A DNA stretch of 64,000 nucleotides from a virus, in IMG/VR virus record IMGVR_UViG_3300025117_000038, positions 1-64,000 of that record; one strand, written 5' to 3'. Both the position numbers and the translations under genes were made by a program. A model generated the notes under the pieces. The model saw only the letters and a program-made list of their open reading frames with translations, had not been told where the DNA came from and ran no database searches. Shown here one piece after another: positions 10,857-21,668 of the stretch. Each line of letters begins with the position of its first letter. Within the stretch, counting starts at the first letter, position 1.

Positions 10857-11839
10857 AACGGACGTTGTTATCCTATTTAACTTCCCAATCGTCACACTTG
10901 TCTTTAATTTCAATGATTCGATTGTGGAGTTTACAGTAGCCAACACTGACTACCGATAAGCAAAATATACAGTTCTCACACCTTGCGGAATGGGGATGTT
11001 CACGTAAGTTCATGTTATCCTCTTACGAATATGGTTTCTGTCACTTTGTCAGCACTGACGCTGTATTTGGCATACTGGACGTGGCAGACCACGTTGACGT
11101 TGGTAAATCGATTTAGTCGGTACCAACAAGCTTTTTTCATTGCTTCTAAACGTGGGTTATTTACCTCTACAACATTTTCAAAGGGATTTTCCATTGTTAT
11201 TTCTCAATCTCTTCCCAACTGATGATTACTATAAAATCTCTCATCTTGTGTTGCCATTCGACTATATCACTATAGCTTTCGAATAGCTTAATTCCCCTGG
11301 AACCTGACCTTTTGAAGCGGTAGATGACTCTAAAACTCATACTTGTTTTCCCATCATATCAAAAGTTAACAAAACAAATGGATGAGAATATCCATCATTT
11401 TGTTGCATGACGGTGATTTTTTGGCCTGTTACAACTGCATGATGTTGTGCAAATAAACAAGCCTGTTCTCCATCATAAAATAATCTTCCAGAAACTCTAA
11501 ATCGTGGATACATAAATCTCCTTTCACAGTGCAAAATTTTCGCTGCTCCTGTGTATATAAGCTTAAATCGAAAAAATCAAAATTGCCCTGCTATTTTGTA
11601 TATTAGCTTAATAGGGTTTTTATTGTTAAATCTTCTATTGCGTATCTTTTGCGTATGTGTCAAATTTGCCACACTTTTGATGGGTACAGCAAAAAATGTG
11701 CCGAAAATAAGAAAATTATTCAATCCAGGAAATAATTATAGACTTGGCACGATTTTTGAATTAGAGATTTTTGGATATAGTTATAGAAGACCGATTTTGT
11801 CCGGTTTTAGTTTTATTTATCCGGTATCGGATAAAATGG

Positions 11840-11869
11840 ATTATACTGTCCAGTATATCCAATTGTCAA
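11840..11869 (-). promoter_or_regulatory. Consensus sigma70 promoter (leftward)
   Basis: TTGACA-18 bp-TATAAT on the minus strand. Confidence 0.75.
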
Positions 11870-11895
11870 TTATCAAAATAACAAATAAGCAATAT

Positions 11896-11924
11896 ACTAT
11901 AATTAATACGTCGTCATTTGTCAA
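11896..11924 (-). promoter_or_regulatory. Sigma70 promoter (leftward)
   Basis: TTGACA-17 bp-TATAGT on the minus strand. Confidence 0.7.
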
Positions 11925-11953
11925 GATAAATTTAGCATAAAATAAAAAATAAT

Positions 11954-11970
11954 TTGGCATGTTTTTTGCA
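11954..11970 (+). promoter_or_regulatory. Putative sigma54 -24/-12 promoter
   Basis: TTGGCATGTTTTTTGCA with correct GG-N10-GC spacing; variant TTGGCACGATTTTTGAA at 11744..11760. Confidence 0.55.
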
Positions 11971-12011
11971 TTTTTTTTTATCATTATATATATGTTTTTT
12001 GCTCAATTATA

Positions 12012-12039
12012 TTGACACTCAACCGATAATAAGTATATT
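12012..12039 (+). promoter_or_regulatory. Sigma70 promoter (rightward) for the 12.3-15 kb cassette
   Basis: TTGACA-16 bp-TATATT. Confidence 0.55.
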
Positions 12040-12311
12040 GAGACTGTTGAATGAAACCTGCTAATTGAAAACTAAATAGCTCTATTAAAAAGCTTGTGAA
12101 TCGCTTTTATTGCTGTATATCGGCTTGCAATTTGTACATGCAATCAAAACCGTACTTAGTGATAAAATCGACAAACAAGTCAATAATAGACGAAACGGAA
12201 AAATTGAATATAAAATTAATCTTAATATAGAGTAAAAACTACATGATACGTACAATTTGTTTTTTGTTTTTTTTGTTAACTATACCTATAGCTTTTTAAG
12301 ATGGTGAAAGT

Positions 12312-12887
12312 ATGGATAGCTTAGAGATTATTAAAAACGGCGATTATGTCATAAAAATCGTCCAAGATGATAACCCGGAAAGTCCTAGAGAATATGATAA
12401 TTTAGGTATAATGGCTTGCTTTCATGACCGGTACGTCTTAGGCGATAAAACAGATTTTAGAGATACCGGAGAATTATGCGAATTTATAAAAAAAAATAAG
12501 TCTGTTTATTTGCCTTTATATCTATTTGAACATAGCGGAATAAGTATATCTTGTAACGCTGAACGGTTTCGGGCGGTAGATTCGCAAGGCTGGGATTGGG
12601 GACAAGTCGGGATAATATACGTAACATATGACAAGCTACGTAAAGAGTATAGTCGTAGAAATATCACAAAAAGCTTCATTAAACAAATTAAAAAATATTT
12701 GATTGGTGAAGTCGATATATATGACAAATATATATCCGGCGAATGTTACGGTTATATTGTAGAAGACAAAAGTGGTAATTTTTTAGATTCGTGTTATGGT
12801 TTTTTTGACTTTGATGAATGTATTAGTCAAGCTAACGATTATGTAAAAACGTTGCCGCAACAATTAACCCTTAATATGGAGTATTAA
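12312..12887 (+). CDS. Phage/MGE hypothetical protein
   Basis: DDNPESPREYDNLG, LPLYLFEHSG, WDWGQVG, DSCYGF motifs recalled from phage and conjugative-element early regions. Confidence 0.55.
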   Translation: MDSLEIIKNGDYVIKIVQDDNPESPREYDNLGIMACFHDRYVLGDKTDFRDTGELCEFIKKNKSVYLPLYLFEHSGISISCNAERFRAVDSQGWDWGQVGIIYVTYDKLRKEYSRRNITKSFIKQIKKYLIGEVDIYDKYISGECYGYIVEDKSGNFLDSCYGFFDFDECISQANDYVKTLPQQLTLNMEY

Positions 12888-13357
12888 AAATGATTAGCGC
12901 AAGTTATAAGACAAAAAAACAATTAAAAGAGAACGTCGGCAAGCCATTGAATTATGTCGAGACCTCCATTTTTGGCTTGGAGTATAAGGAAAATGGTCAT
13001 TTTTGTGTCGTGGGACCTTCACCATATATACGAAAGTGGTATGCCGAAGTTTATATGGAAAACGGTTTAATTAAAAAGGTTAAATAAAATGAAAATATCT
13101 CAATTCAAAAATAAAAACGGTCAGCCAATTCATAATCAATTTATTTTATACGATTCGGAATATACTGTTTTTCAGTCTTATAATTCCATTATCGTCAAAA
13201 TCATTTTTGAAAATGGTAAACAGCAAGTATATCTTGATATTAATACTTGGAATTATTCCAAAACCACAACTAAATATAGAAATCAATTTTTAAGCGAAAC
13301 CACAAAACAAACGCAAGCCAAAATTGATAATGGAATTTATAAGCTTGTTGACTTAAA

Positions 13358-14014
13358 TTGATTATGAAAAAAAACAGATTCAATGGTCAATTTTTTACAT
13401 TCGGAAATCGAAAATTGCCGAATAATACGGCAATTTTTAACTTGGAACCGTCAACGTTTTGCTCTAGTCGCAAGCTTGGATATTGTCAATTGGATAATAT
13501 GCCAAGTGATTTATTAGACCGCAAATATTATAGCGGCCTATGTTACGCTTTGAAGGCGGAACGACTATATCCCGGTATTTTGGCATATAGAGTGCGCCAA
13601 TCGGTATTTTTTGAGAATTGTACTAGTACAAGCTTTGTGAATCAATTAATATCGGATGCAGGAACTAATATTGATTATATAAAGTACTTGCGGCTGAATG
13701 AGTCCGGTGATATTGGCAACGTCAATAATTTTTTTAAGTTAATCGACATTAGCAATAAACTATATAGATACGGAATAGTAACGTATTTATATACTGCTAG
13801 AAAGGATATATATAATATAGTCAAAAAATACGATTTTAGAAATTTAGTCGTCAATGGTTCCGGTTTTATGGCAGATAATCAATTCCAGATTATTTCAGCC
13901 AATAAACTAAAAGAGATTAAACAAAAAAATACTTTGGTATGTAAAGGCAATTGTAGATTATGCCATTTATGTACTATTAAAACGAACCGGATAATATACA
14001 ATATTATTCATTAA
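13358..14014 (+). CDS. GP88-like Cys-rich phage protein
   Basis: GNRKLP...FNL...C...CYA.K...LRLNESGD...CKGNCRLCHLC. Confidence 0.6.
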   Translation: MIMKKNRFNGQFFTFGNRKLPNNTAIFNLEPSTFCSSRKLGYCQLDNMPSDLLDRKYYSGLCYALKAERLYPGILAYRVRQSVFFENCTSTSFVNQLISDAGTNIDYIKYLRLNESGDIGNVNNFFKLIDISNKLYRYGIVTYLYTARKDIYNIVKKYDFRNLVVNGSGFMADNQFQIISANKLKEIKQKNTLVCKGNCRLCHLCTIKTNRIIYNIIH

Positions 14015-14029
14015 TTAAGAGGTTATAAA

Positions 14030-14437
14030 ATGAGTACTAGATGCCAAATTGGTTTTTATGAAAATGACACCGATAAATTATCAAAGTATAAAACTTTGAT
14101 ATATAAACATACAGACGGTTATGAGGAGGGTATCTTACCATTGCTTATACCATTAGTGCGCGATTTTAATAAATATCGCAATTCGAGCGACTGGGAATAT
14201 AAGGCCGCACAAGTCTTATATGCCTTTATGGACGCGACAACAAAATACGATAAAAAAAATGAATATTATAATGATATATCAAAATATATGGGTTATGGTA
14301 TATCGCGGTCAATTCAGTGCGATATAGAATACTATTATGCCGTATATCCAAGCTTTATTAAGGTATATGAAGCTAAAGCATATTTAAGCAAATTAAATAT
14401 GAGTAAATGGTCTTTAATTCAAACAATTGAGGTCTAA
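14030..14437 (+). CDS. Phage hypothetical protein
   Basis: MSTRC.I...IYKHTDGY...DIEYYY pattern. Confidence 0.55.
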   Translation: MSTRCQIGFYENDTDKLSKYKTLIYKHTDGYEEGILPLLIPLVRDFNKYRNSSDWEYKAAQVLYAFMDATTKYDKKNEYYNDISKYMGYGISRSIQCDIEYYYAVYPSFIKVYEAKAYLSKLNMSKWSLIQTIEV

Positions 14438-14759
14438 AATGTCATATTCTAATCTGTCATTGAATAATCAGATTGCGTTACGTCGTGCGCTTTTAAGAAG
14501 TACAAATGGAAAAATTTTCGGCTGTACTTTCAAAAAGCAGAACGGCGATATGCGCCATATGGCTTGTCGTATCGGTGTTGCTAAGTACGTTAAAGGTACG
14601 GCGACACCGAACCAAAAAGCGGTCGATGATACATACGGTTATTTGACCGTCTATGATTTTAACTGTAAAGATTATCGAAAAATTAACCTTGCAAGTTTGA
14701 CCCGTTTTAAGTATGGAAGCTTCGAGTTAAGTTTGCCTATATTGGACAGCGAGGTATAA
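14427..14759 (+). CDS. SH3/Sm-like (WYL_2-like) domain protein
   Basis: IFGCTFKKQNGDMRHMACRIGV...YLTVYDFNCKDYRKINL; paralog of the C-terminus of 570..1571. Confidence 0.6.
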   Translation: MRSKMSYSNLSLNNQIALRRALLRSTNGKIFGCTFKKQNGDMRHMACRIGVAKYVKGTATPNQKAVDDTYGYLTVYDFNCKDYRKINLASLTRFKYGSFELSLPILDSEV

Positions 14760-14974
14760 TAATATGAAGTATAAAATAATCGAAGCTGGAACGTGTCCCA
14801 AATGTTTTAGTAATGACATTGAGTTTAATTCGGCATCATTGATACATTACGATTCGTCATACCAAAACAAATGCAACAATTGTGGATTTGTTTATTATGA
14901 ATGCTATTCAATTGAATTTGTCGGGATAGTCGATAGTAATGATGACTTTTTTCCAGCAGATTAAATAATAAAAC

Positions 14975-15007
14975 TTGCCCGGTCTAATCGACCGGGCAAT
15001 TTTTTTT
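14975..15007 (+). terminator. Rho-independent terminator
   Basis: TTGCCCGGTC-TAATC-GACCGGGCAA followed by T8. Confidence 0.9.
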
Positions 15008-15682
15008 GTACTATATATTCATATATAACTATATATCTATATTAGCATATGTATATATAGATATATGTTTATATTTATATATTATTATATTGATATATGT
15101 ATATATATTTATAATGGATTAATATATCCAAGATTGAAAGAAGAGTGATAAGTCCAGGATTAAAGAGGATAATAAAGGTCATAATTGCCCATGATGACGG
15201 GGCTTAAACAGGACAAAAAAGGTCTTAATATCGAGGATATACTGTATAGTGGTCACCAAATATAACGTCCCCCCTTTTCCATTGACTCAATATGATGGAC
15301 TTTTCTTAAATCCCCTCTTGAAAAAATTTTCCGGCTCTATTTTTTGGCTGACTCATTCCTTTATATTGTTTATAAAATCCGCTAATCCGCTTTTACTATC
15401 AATAAAAATAATCCAAGTAATATTACAAAAGCAAGGAAAGATTGGGAAGATAGTAAAAATTTCCCATTAAATAATGACCATATAAATATTCCCAACTCTA
15501 ATCCCGTTATCAATAATAAAAAAATTTTTCCAAAATATTTCCACATTTTTATTTCTTTTGTTATAATTTTATCATTTCTAAAATAAAAGGTTTTTCAATG
15601 ACAACTACTCTGATAAAGCTTTTTTCATTATCAGCGTTACTCTCAATTTGAATATCGGGCGCATTTTTTTGTTTAACTTCCA

Positions 15683-16096
15683 TTATATCCCTGCCATTTC
15701 TAAAATTAATTTAATTGCATAATATTCTGGATTCATGTAAATCTGTAACAAAGTAACTGAGTTTATTAAAGCTATCACAAAAATAAAAAGTCCCATTATA
15801 TAACATATCCACTTACCGACATCACATCCAATCCTACCATCTCTAGTTTCTGTATACTTTTTGAGTTTATTTATTACAAAACCTGCCGTAAAAAACCCTG
15901 CCATTATTACTAATGCCACTAAAACATCCCCAATAGCATCAACGTAAACTTGTTTGATTGCTATCTCCCATAATTTAGGGGCAGTTTGTTCTACCATTTC
16001 GGCTAACTTAGCAATGGCCGCGCTTCCCATATCGAGAGCTTTGTCCATTACTGAGGCAACCTCATAGTTGTTTACTACCGCCAACGAATCACCCAT
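15683..16096 (-). CDS. Membrane protein (2 TM)
   Basis: Two hydrophobic helices, C-terminal NPEYYAIK motif; RBS AGGAG. Confidence 0.6.
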   Translation of the reverse strand: MGDSLAVVNNYEVASVMDKALDMGSAAIAKLAEMVEQTAPKLWEIAIKQVYVDAIGDVLVALVIMAGFFTAGFVINKLKKYTETRDGRIGCDVGKWICYIMGLFIFVIALINSVTLLQIYMNPEYYAIKLILEMAGI

Positions 16097-16757
16097 AATA
16101 ACTCCTAATTTCCATACTTTGCTTTAAGGGTTTCAAATAATTCTTTTTCCCGTTCATTTCTTTCTATCTCTTTTTTCTCTTGGTCTTCTCTTTTTTGTTT
16201 TGCCTTTCTTTCTTCTGTGTTTTTTTCTCAATCTTCTCTTTTTCTAATCTTAGTTCCTCTACTTTTTTCCAATCTTCCCAGAGATAAAACAAAGGAAAAT
16301 TAAAATGGTAAAAATCATCCTCGCCACAGTGGTATTCTTGCCACTCAATGGTGATATCTACCTTACTGATACTTATCCCATTGTATTCTTCTGAGGGGAA
16401 TACATTACTAAGAGATGGATAGTCCTTTCCTCTAAAAGAAGCAACATCTCGGCCAACATAATAAGCATTTTGTCTTAATATATCCATCTGTTCCTCTGCA
16501 AGATAAAAATCATCAATTATTTTCCGAATTTCTTGTTCTTTCATGGTATTTCCTTTGGATTATCTTGTTAAAAATGAAAATATTAACATAACAATAATAA
16601 CAAACAAAATAAATATTCCTGTTATCCATAATGGTGACAATACCCACCACCACGACCAATCGATTACATGGGTTAATTTTAATATTATAAAAGTCAAAAT
16701 TAGTAATGTTAAGCCATCCACTCCACTTGATTGTGCCATTTCAATTTTCCTTTATAT

Positions 16758-17264
16758 TCATTTCGTTTTTGGAATTGGTAAATTGGGATTAATTCCCATT
16801 TTTTTTCTCATGGCGATAATAGCTTGTCTTTTCCATATCGTAGCCATTGAATTAGTTACTCCTCTTTCTTTGCTAACCTCTATCCCTGTCTTCCCTAAGA
16901 TATACGTATCAATAAGAAAATCTTTCAATTTTTTATCTATTTTATTTAAATTAATAAACAATTCTGTATAATAATTAGGAACATAAGAATAATTATTTAA
17001 AATATTATCACTTAATTCAATAAAATCTATCTTTTTAACACCCCTGCGACTAAGTTCCACATTATTCCTATAATAATCCCCAAATTCCCACTTAACCAAC
17101 TTTCTTAAATTAATTTTTTTATTTTTTTTGAATTGAATCCAATATCTTAAACAACAATCTCCGATAAAATCATCGGTTTTATTTTTTAGATAATGACCAT
17201 AAAATTTATAAGTATATTTCTTAATAAATAATATTGCATCTTTATGAGAATATATTTTATCCAA
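16758..17264 (-). CDS. Sigma factor-like HTH protein
   Basis: C-terminal GKTGIEVSKERGVTNSMATIWKRQAIIAMRKKM resembles sigma region 4. Confidence 0.55.
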   Translation of the reverse strand: MDKIYSHKDAILFIKKYTYKFYGHYLKNKTDDFIGDCCLRYWIQFKKNKKINLRKLVKWEFGDYYRNNVELSRRGVKKIDFIELSDNILNNYSYVPNYYTELFINLNKIDKKLKDFLIDTYILGKTGIEVSKERGVTNSMATIWKRQAIIAMRKKMGINPNLPIPKTK

Positions 17265-17267
17265 TAT

Positions 17268-17585
17268 TTAAGTCCCTATCGTTGTATTCATCCATGCCCG
17301 ATATACAAATCCTGTTGCTACTGTAGTATTGGGATTTACGGTAGAGTAACCATCCCATGTACTGACTGTTGAACTATTGGTTGTGGCGGCAGCGACATAA
17401 TATGTTTGTATGCCGTTGCGTCTATCCCATCGGTCGGATGTAATTCTTCCATTTAAGACAACTCGGCAATGTTCGTGGCCACAATTGGGACAATGGAGAA
17501 CGTGATTACCGTTTAAGCTAATATCAACATTAAACTGAACATATTTATCACATTCATGACAATGTAGCTCTTGACGTTCAGTCAT
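17268..17585 (-). CDS. Zinc-ribbon protein
   Basis: CHEC...CPNCGHEH. Confidence 0.55.
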   Translation of the reverse strand: MTERQELHCHECDKYVQFNVDISLNGNHVLHCPNCGHEHCRVVLNGRITSDRWDRRNGIQTYYVAAATTNSSTVSTWDGYSTVNPNTTVATGFVYRAWMNTTIGT

Positions 17586-17911
17586 TCCTCACTCCTTTCA
17601 GTTGTCATTTGCGTCTCCTTGCCGCCCACCATACAGCAGAGATGCAAACGACGCCACTCACGAGGTAGCCGATAAAAAAAGCCGTTTCAGCCGTCATTGT
17701 TTCTCCTTTATCCCACACTCTTCATCTGAATATTGTCCATCATATTCCAATTCGACATCACCACACCGCTTGCACTTAGCAATGCACTTATACCCGGCTA
17801 TGGTTTTAGGCGGGGTCGTGAATCGGCGGCACTTGGGACATCGCGTATCAAATACTGCGTTACCGTTACCATCATCCTTGTAAGCAATAAGAGGACTCAT
17901 CCCTTCTCCTT

Positions 17912-17947
17912 TAGTGAACAACTGTCGAAGTTGTCACTTCTTCAGTA
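17912..17947 (-). mobile_element. 32-bp micro-element copy 2, TA-flanked, inserted at the 3' end of a CDS
   Basis: Minus strand TA-CTGAAGAAGTGACAACTTCGACAGTTGTTCAC-TA; removal restores ...VAIKEKG-stop with ATGA coupling to the next gene. Confidence 0.8.
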
Positions 17948-20039
17948 TGGCGACGATTAACTCAAAGAGAGCATCGTCGGGGGTGTCAGCGTAAACTTCG
18001 ATATTGTCAAACGTCCCCGTTCCGGTTGACCACACATGATATTTATTTTGGCGCGGGTCAAAAGCAATCCCCAAATGATATTCTGGCCTCAATTCTCTTA
18101 CCCACGCTATCAGTTCCCCCGTCTGGGGGATGTGGATATAATGGTCAAATGCAAGTCCTTCCATTCCAATATTCAATATAGTTCCAACGGGTTCGTCCTC
18201 ATCATCGTAATACCAGTCACCAATATCCAGCGTCTGGTCTGCGCCCAGCTCTTTCAGCTTTACGCACTCTTCAAGACTTAGCATCATTGTTCTCCTTTTT
18301 CCGCCAGAAGGCGGCGTTAATTGTTTTATATTTTCCCCAATATCTCCGCAAACGATAATGATATAGATTCGTGTTTCTGTTGTTTGCAAGATGGACATTT
18401 AATATTTAAGATTATATCTACATAACCGGGTCTTAACTTTGTTCCGACAATAGTTTTTTCTAAATCATTCCAATCACCGTGTGTGCAAGCGCATGTTGAT
18501 TCCATCATTGTTCTCCTTTGGAAGGCGGGCAAGCTCGGCCTCGGCTTCGGCTTTTTATTTCCCGCCTTAAGATGTTCGATTTCGTCCTGATAGGCGTCCA
18601 CTTGGCCCTTATTCAATACCGCGACGTGGGACGCCTTGATATATTCGACATCGGTGTCATACATCCTATCCCGACACCATGTTATCTCTGCCGCTTCACT
18701 GAAGCCCCCCCATCATCTTCAGGGTCAACCTGCAACCATATTCGGTCGGGTGCTTCTTTACTCATTGGCCCCCCATTCATCGCAAGTGTTGCGAGGTTTA
18801 ACAATCTGACCTGAATACGGCGATTTGCCGTTTGCACATTCAAGCGTATGAATGAATAATCGTCGGTATTGGATAGCCCAATTACAGGTCATGCACGTTC
18901 CGCATGTCTTACTCATCACAGACCTCCAGTTTTACCTTGACGGTGCGGACATTTTTGTCGTTGATTTTACGTCGCTCAAAATGAAAATGGCCAAAGGCAT
19001 TATTCCATAATTCAATCGACCTTCGACGCGAGTTTGAAAGGGTAAATATTTCATTAACCCATTTCCCATTATTGAGACACTGTTGCACAATGTAGAAATT
19101 CTTACTCATTATTGTCCCCTCGCTTTCCGGCGGCTCTTTTAACCGCGTCGGCAAATTCCTCGGCTGTATCAGAGGTTACATCCAGAATGGATATTGGGGG
19201 TATAGCGTCTTCCCTTGACCATATCCTTATCATTCCAGCCGAATCAGGTGGCATGATAAGAATTTCGCCATCCTCATAATCAATGCGATGAAACGCCTTC
19301 TCTGCGGCGGCGTCCATAGCATCAGACAGTTCATCGAACATCTCGGCGGGTTCGCCCTGCGGCTTCGATATTATATGATTTGGCATTTCAGTTCGAGCCT
19401 CTGGCGTCAAATGAACCGTCACCATTCTCTTAGTTGGTTCGGGTGTTCCGCCCAATCCTTCCGCCGCTTCTACAAAGTCGTCAATCGTGGGTTCGCCCTG
19501 GGACTCGGTGGAACAATCGACGTGCAGTTTGTTGGGCTGGAAGTCTTTGGCGAACTTCTCAAACAGCTTGGTATCATCTGGCTTCCGTTCAATCGGGCCA
19601 TAAACAAACGGCTGTTTCCGCTCCAACTCGGCGAGGCGGGTGTCCACGTCCTTTGCTTGTCGATATAAACCTTCGACTAAATCAAACCGTAATTTCTTGG
19701 CATCCAATATTTCCGCGATGTGTTCAAGTCGTTCCATAATACCAAGTAACAATCTATCTTTATCATTGGGAAGCCACGGAGAGAGATTCCCTTCCTCAAT
19801 TCTTAGAAATGGGAAATCGTTTGTATTAACATAATATTCCATCATTCCCCCAATATCTCATATAAATCATTTTCTAATTTATCTAATTTTTCTCTTGTTT
19901 CTTTAAATTCTATCCATTTTTGTGCTAAATCTTCAGGTAATTCATCAACATCAATATAATCCTCAAATGAAAGATAATAAAATCCACCTTCTTCAAGAGA
20001 AATTTTTAAAAAGTCTTTTTTAGTCATTGTCTCTCACTT

Positions 20040-20495
20040 TCAAATTTTGTGAAACCATTTTATCCATTCCTCTAATTTTTCACCGTATTCTATTAGAAAA
20101 TCTTTTCCAAACAAATACATCAATGATTTTTTATCATCTCCTCCTTTGATGATTCTTATATATTTATAAGTAAATATCAAATGTTGTAAGATATCAACAC
20201 TAAACGAATAGATTTCTCCACCGATGGAGATAAACCAATAATCGGCTTCAGTCGTCTGAATGCCAGAAGGTTTTGTATTGTATTCAAACTCTATTGCTAC
20301 ATTATCAGTATATCCAGACATAATATCATTTTTTATCTCTATCGGGATAGTTATATCCCCTTTTATTACCACCATATCATAACTTCTGGAATTTATCAAT
20401 CTAGCGTGAATTTGGTTGTCGATAAATATCTCAAGAATTTTATTCTCAAGATATTGACCATCTTTTAAATCTTTATTAAAATCATAATGTGTCAT
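20040..20495 (-). CDS. PD-(D/E)XK family nuclease
   Basis: YDM...IEIKND...NVAIEF...PSGIQTTEADYW. Confidence 0.7.
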   Translation of the reverse strand: MTHYDFNKDLKDGQYLENKILEIFIDNQIHARLINSRSYDMVVIKGDITIPIEIKNDIMSGYTDNVAIEFEYNTKPSGIQTTEADYWFISIGGEIYSFSVDILQHLIFTYKYIRIIKGGDDKKSLMYLFGKDFLIEYGEKLEEWIKWFHKI

Positions 20496-20543
20496 TGTAT
20501 TACCCTAAAAAGAATTCACATAACAAGAGAATGACCACAATAA

Positions 20544-21668
20544 TCAATGAAAATCAGTATTATTTTTTAACAATAAATACTCAGGATTTATATGTTTTAA
20601 GACCATTCTGCCACATCTTCCCGTTTTTTCTATTAGCGTTTTAATAACAATTCCTTCTTTAAGCGGTTGTTCCTTTGAAATTTCCGAACCCTTATTAAAA
20701 AATTCGTCTAACAACTCTGGGTTCCATGGTCCTATGTATAATGTATGAGGTAAAATAAAATCTACATTCATAACAATATTATCAATATCATAAAACATGT
20801 CTCCAAAATCACCATCACTTAAATAGTGTGGTTCTTCCCCGTTTTCATAAACCATAATATCAAAAACCATTAAACCTCTTTTGTTTTTCATTCCGTATGT
20901 ATATCCGTTTTGAATACCATCACCAAAAATTTCCCCATAGATTACACATCCCATGGGAATAGCTTTTTTCAAATTATATTTCTCTACCGCTTCTAAATAG
21001 ACATTATTCGAATAGTAATGTTTTCGACGATTTGAAAATAACTGTAACTGTACATTATGAGAGCCGAAGACAAACTCGTATTCAGGAAGAATGTTAAAGA
21101 ATTTTTTTATCTTTTTCCACCATGTATTCGCTATGGTTGGAACCCATCCGGCTCTAAAGTTGGTTCCATGTACTTTTTCGGTGATAACAACCATCTCCCC
21201 ATCAAAAATGTTAGGATAGTTTTTGATGTTCTCAATATCGGTATATTTTCTAAAGAGAGGATGGGTTTTTTTCTTGCTGACTTGGTATCCACCCTTCATG
21301 GTAATAGAGACAGTCGGTTCAAATTTAGTAATACCCAGAGTTTTAGTTACATCAATCCCCTCTTCTCTGGTTGTGATTTGAACCGTATCCAAGTCAACTA
21401 AGATTCCCTGAGAAATAACACCCCTGAGTTTGATTGTCCTGACTCTACCTTTATCCAACTTTATTTTGGCATTGCCAAGGATTTTTTCTTCCAACTCAGG
21501 GGTGAGAATGGCATCAATCGGGATATAGACAGCAATATCTCCCGATTTGAATTGCCCCTTTCCAACAATACAAACCCATCCTCTTATATAAGCCACTTCC
21601 AAACGGTCGGCATTCGGATGTGGTTCGATTCTATCGATTGAGACTGTTTCTACTTTAAGTGTTGACAT
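20544..21668 (-). CDS. ATP-dependent RNA ligase, Rnl2/DRB0094 family
   Basis: N-terminal OB-like HPNADRLE...IKLRGVISQG; motif I EKVHGTN; YGEIFG, FDI, EGIVIK. Confidence 0.9.
   Translation of the reverse strand: MSTLKVETVSIDRIEPHPNADRLEVAYIRGWVCIVGKGQFKSGDIAVYIPIDAILTPELEEKILGNAKIKLDKGRVRTIKLRGVISQGILVDLDTVQITTREEGIDVTKTLGITKFEPTVSITMKGGYQVSKKKTHPLFRKYTDIENIKNYPNIFDGEMVVITEKVHGTNFRAGWVPTIANTWWKKIKKFFNILPEYEFVFGSHNVQLQLFSNRRKHYYSNNVYLEAVEKYNLKKAIPMGCVIYGEIFGDGIQNGYTYGMKNKRGLMVFDIMVYENGEEPHYLSDGDFGDMFYDIDNIVMNVDFILPHTLYIGPWNPELLDEFFNKGSEISKEQPLKEGIVIKTLIEKTGRCGRMVLKHINPEYLLLKNNTDFH

Noticed and set aside
9298-11940. ORFs 9298..9516, 9602..9796, 10983..11222 and 11551..11940
   Set aside because: They lie over repeat and promoter DNA or antisense to small minus-strand genes, with no recognisable motifs
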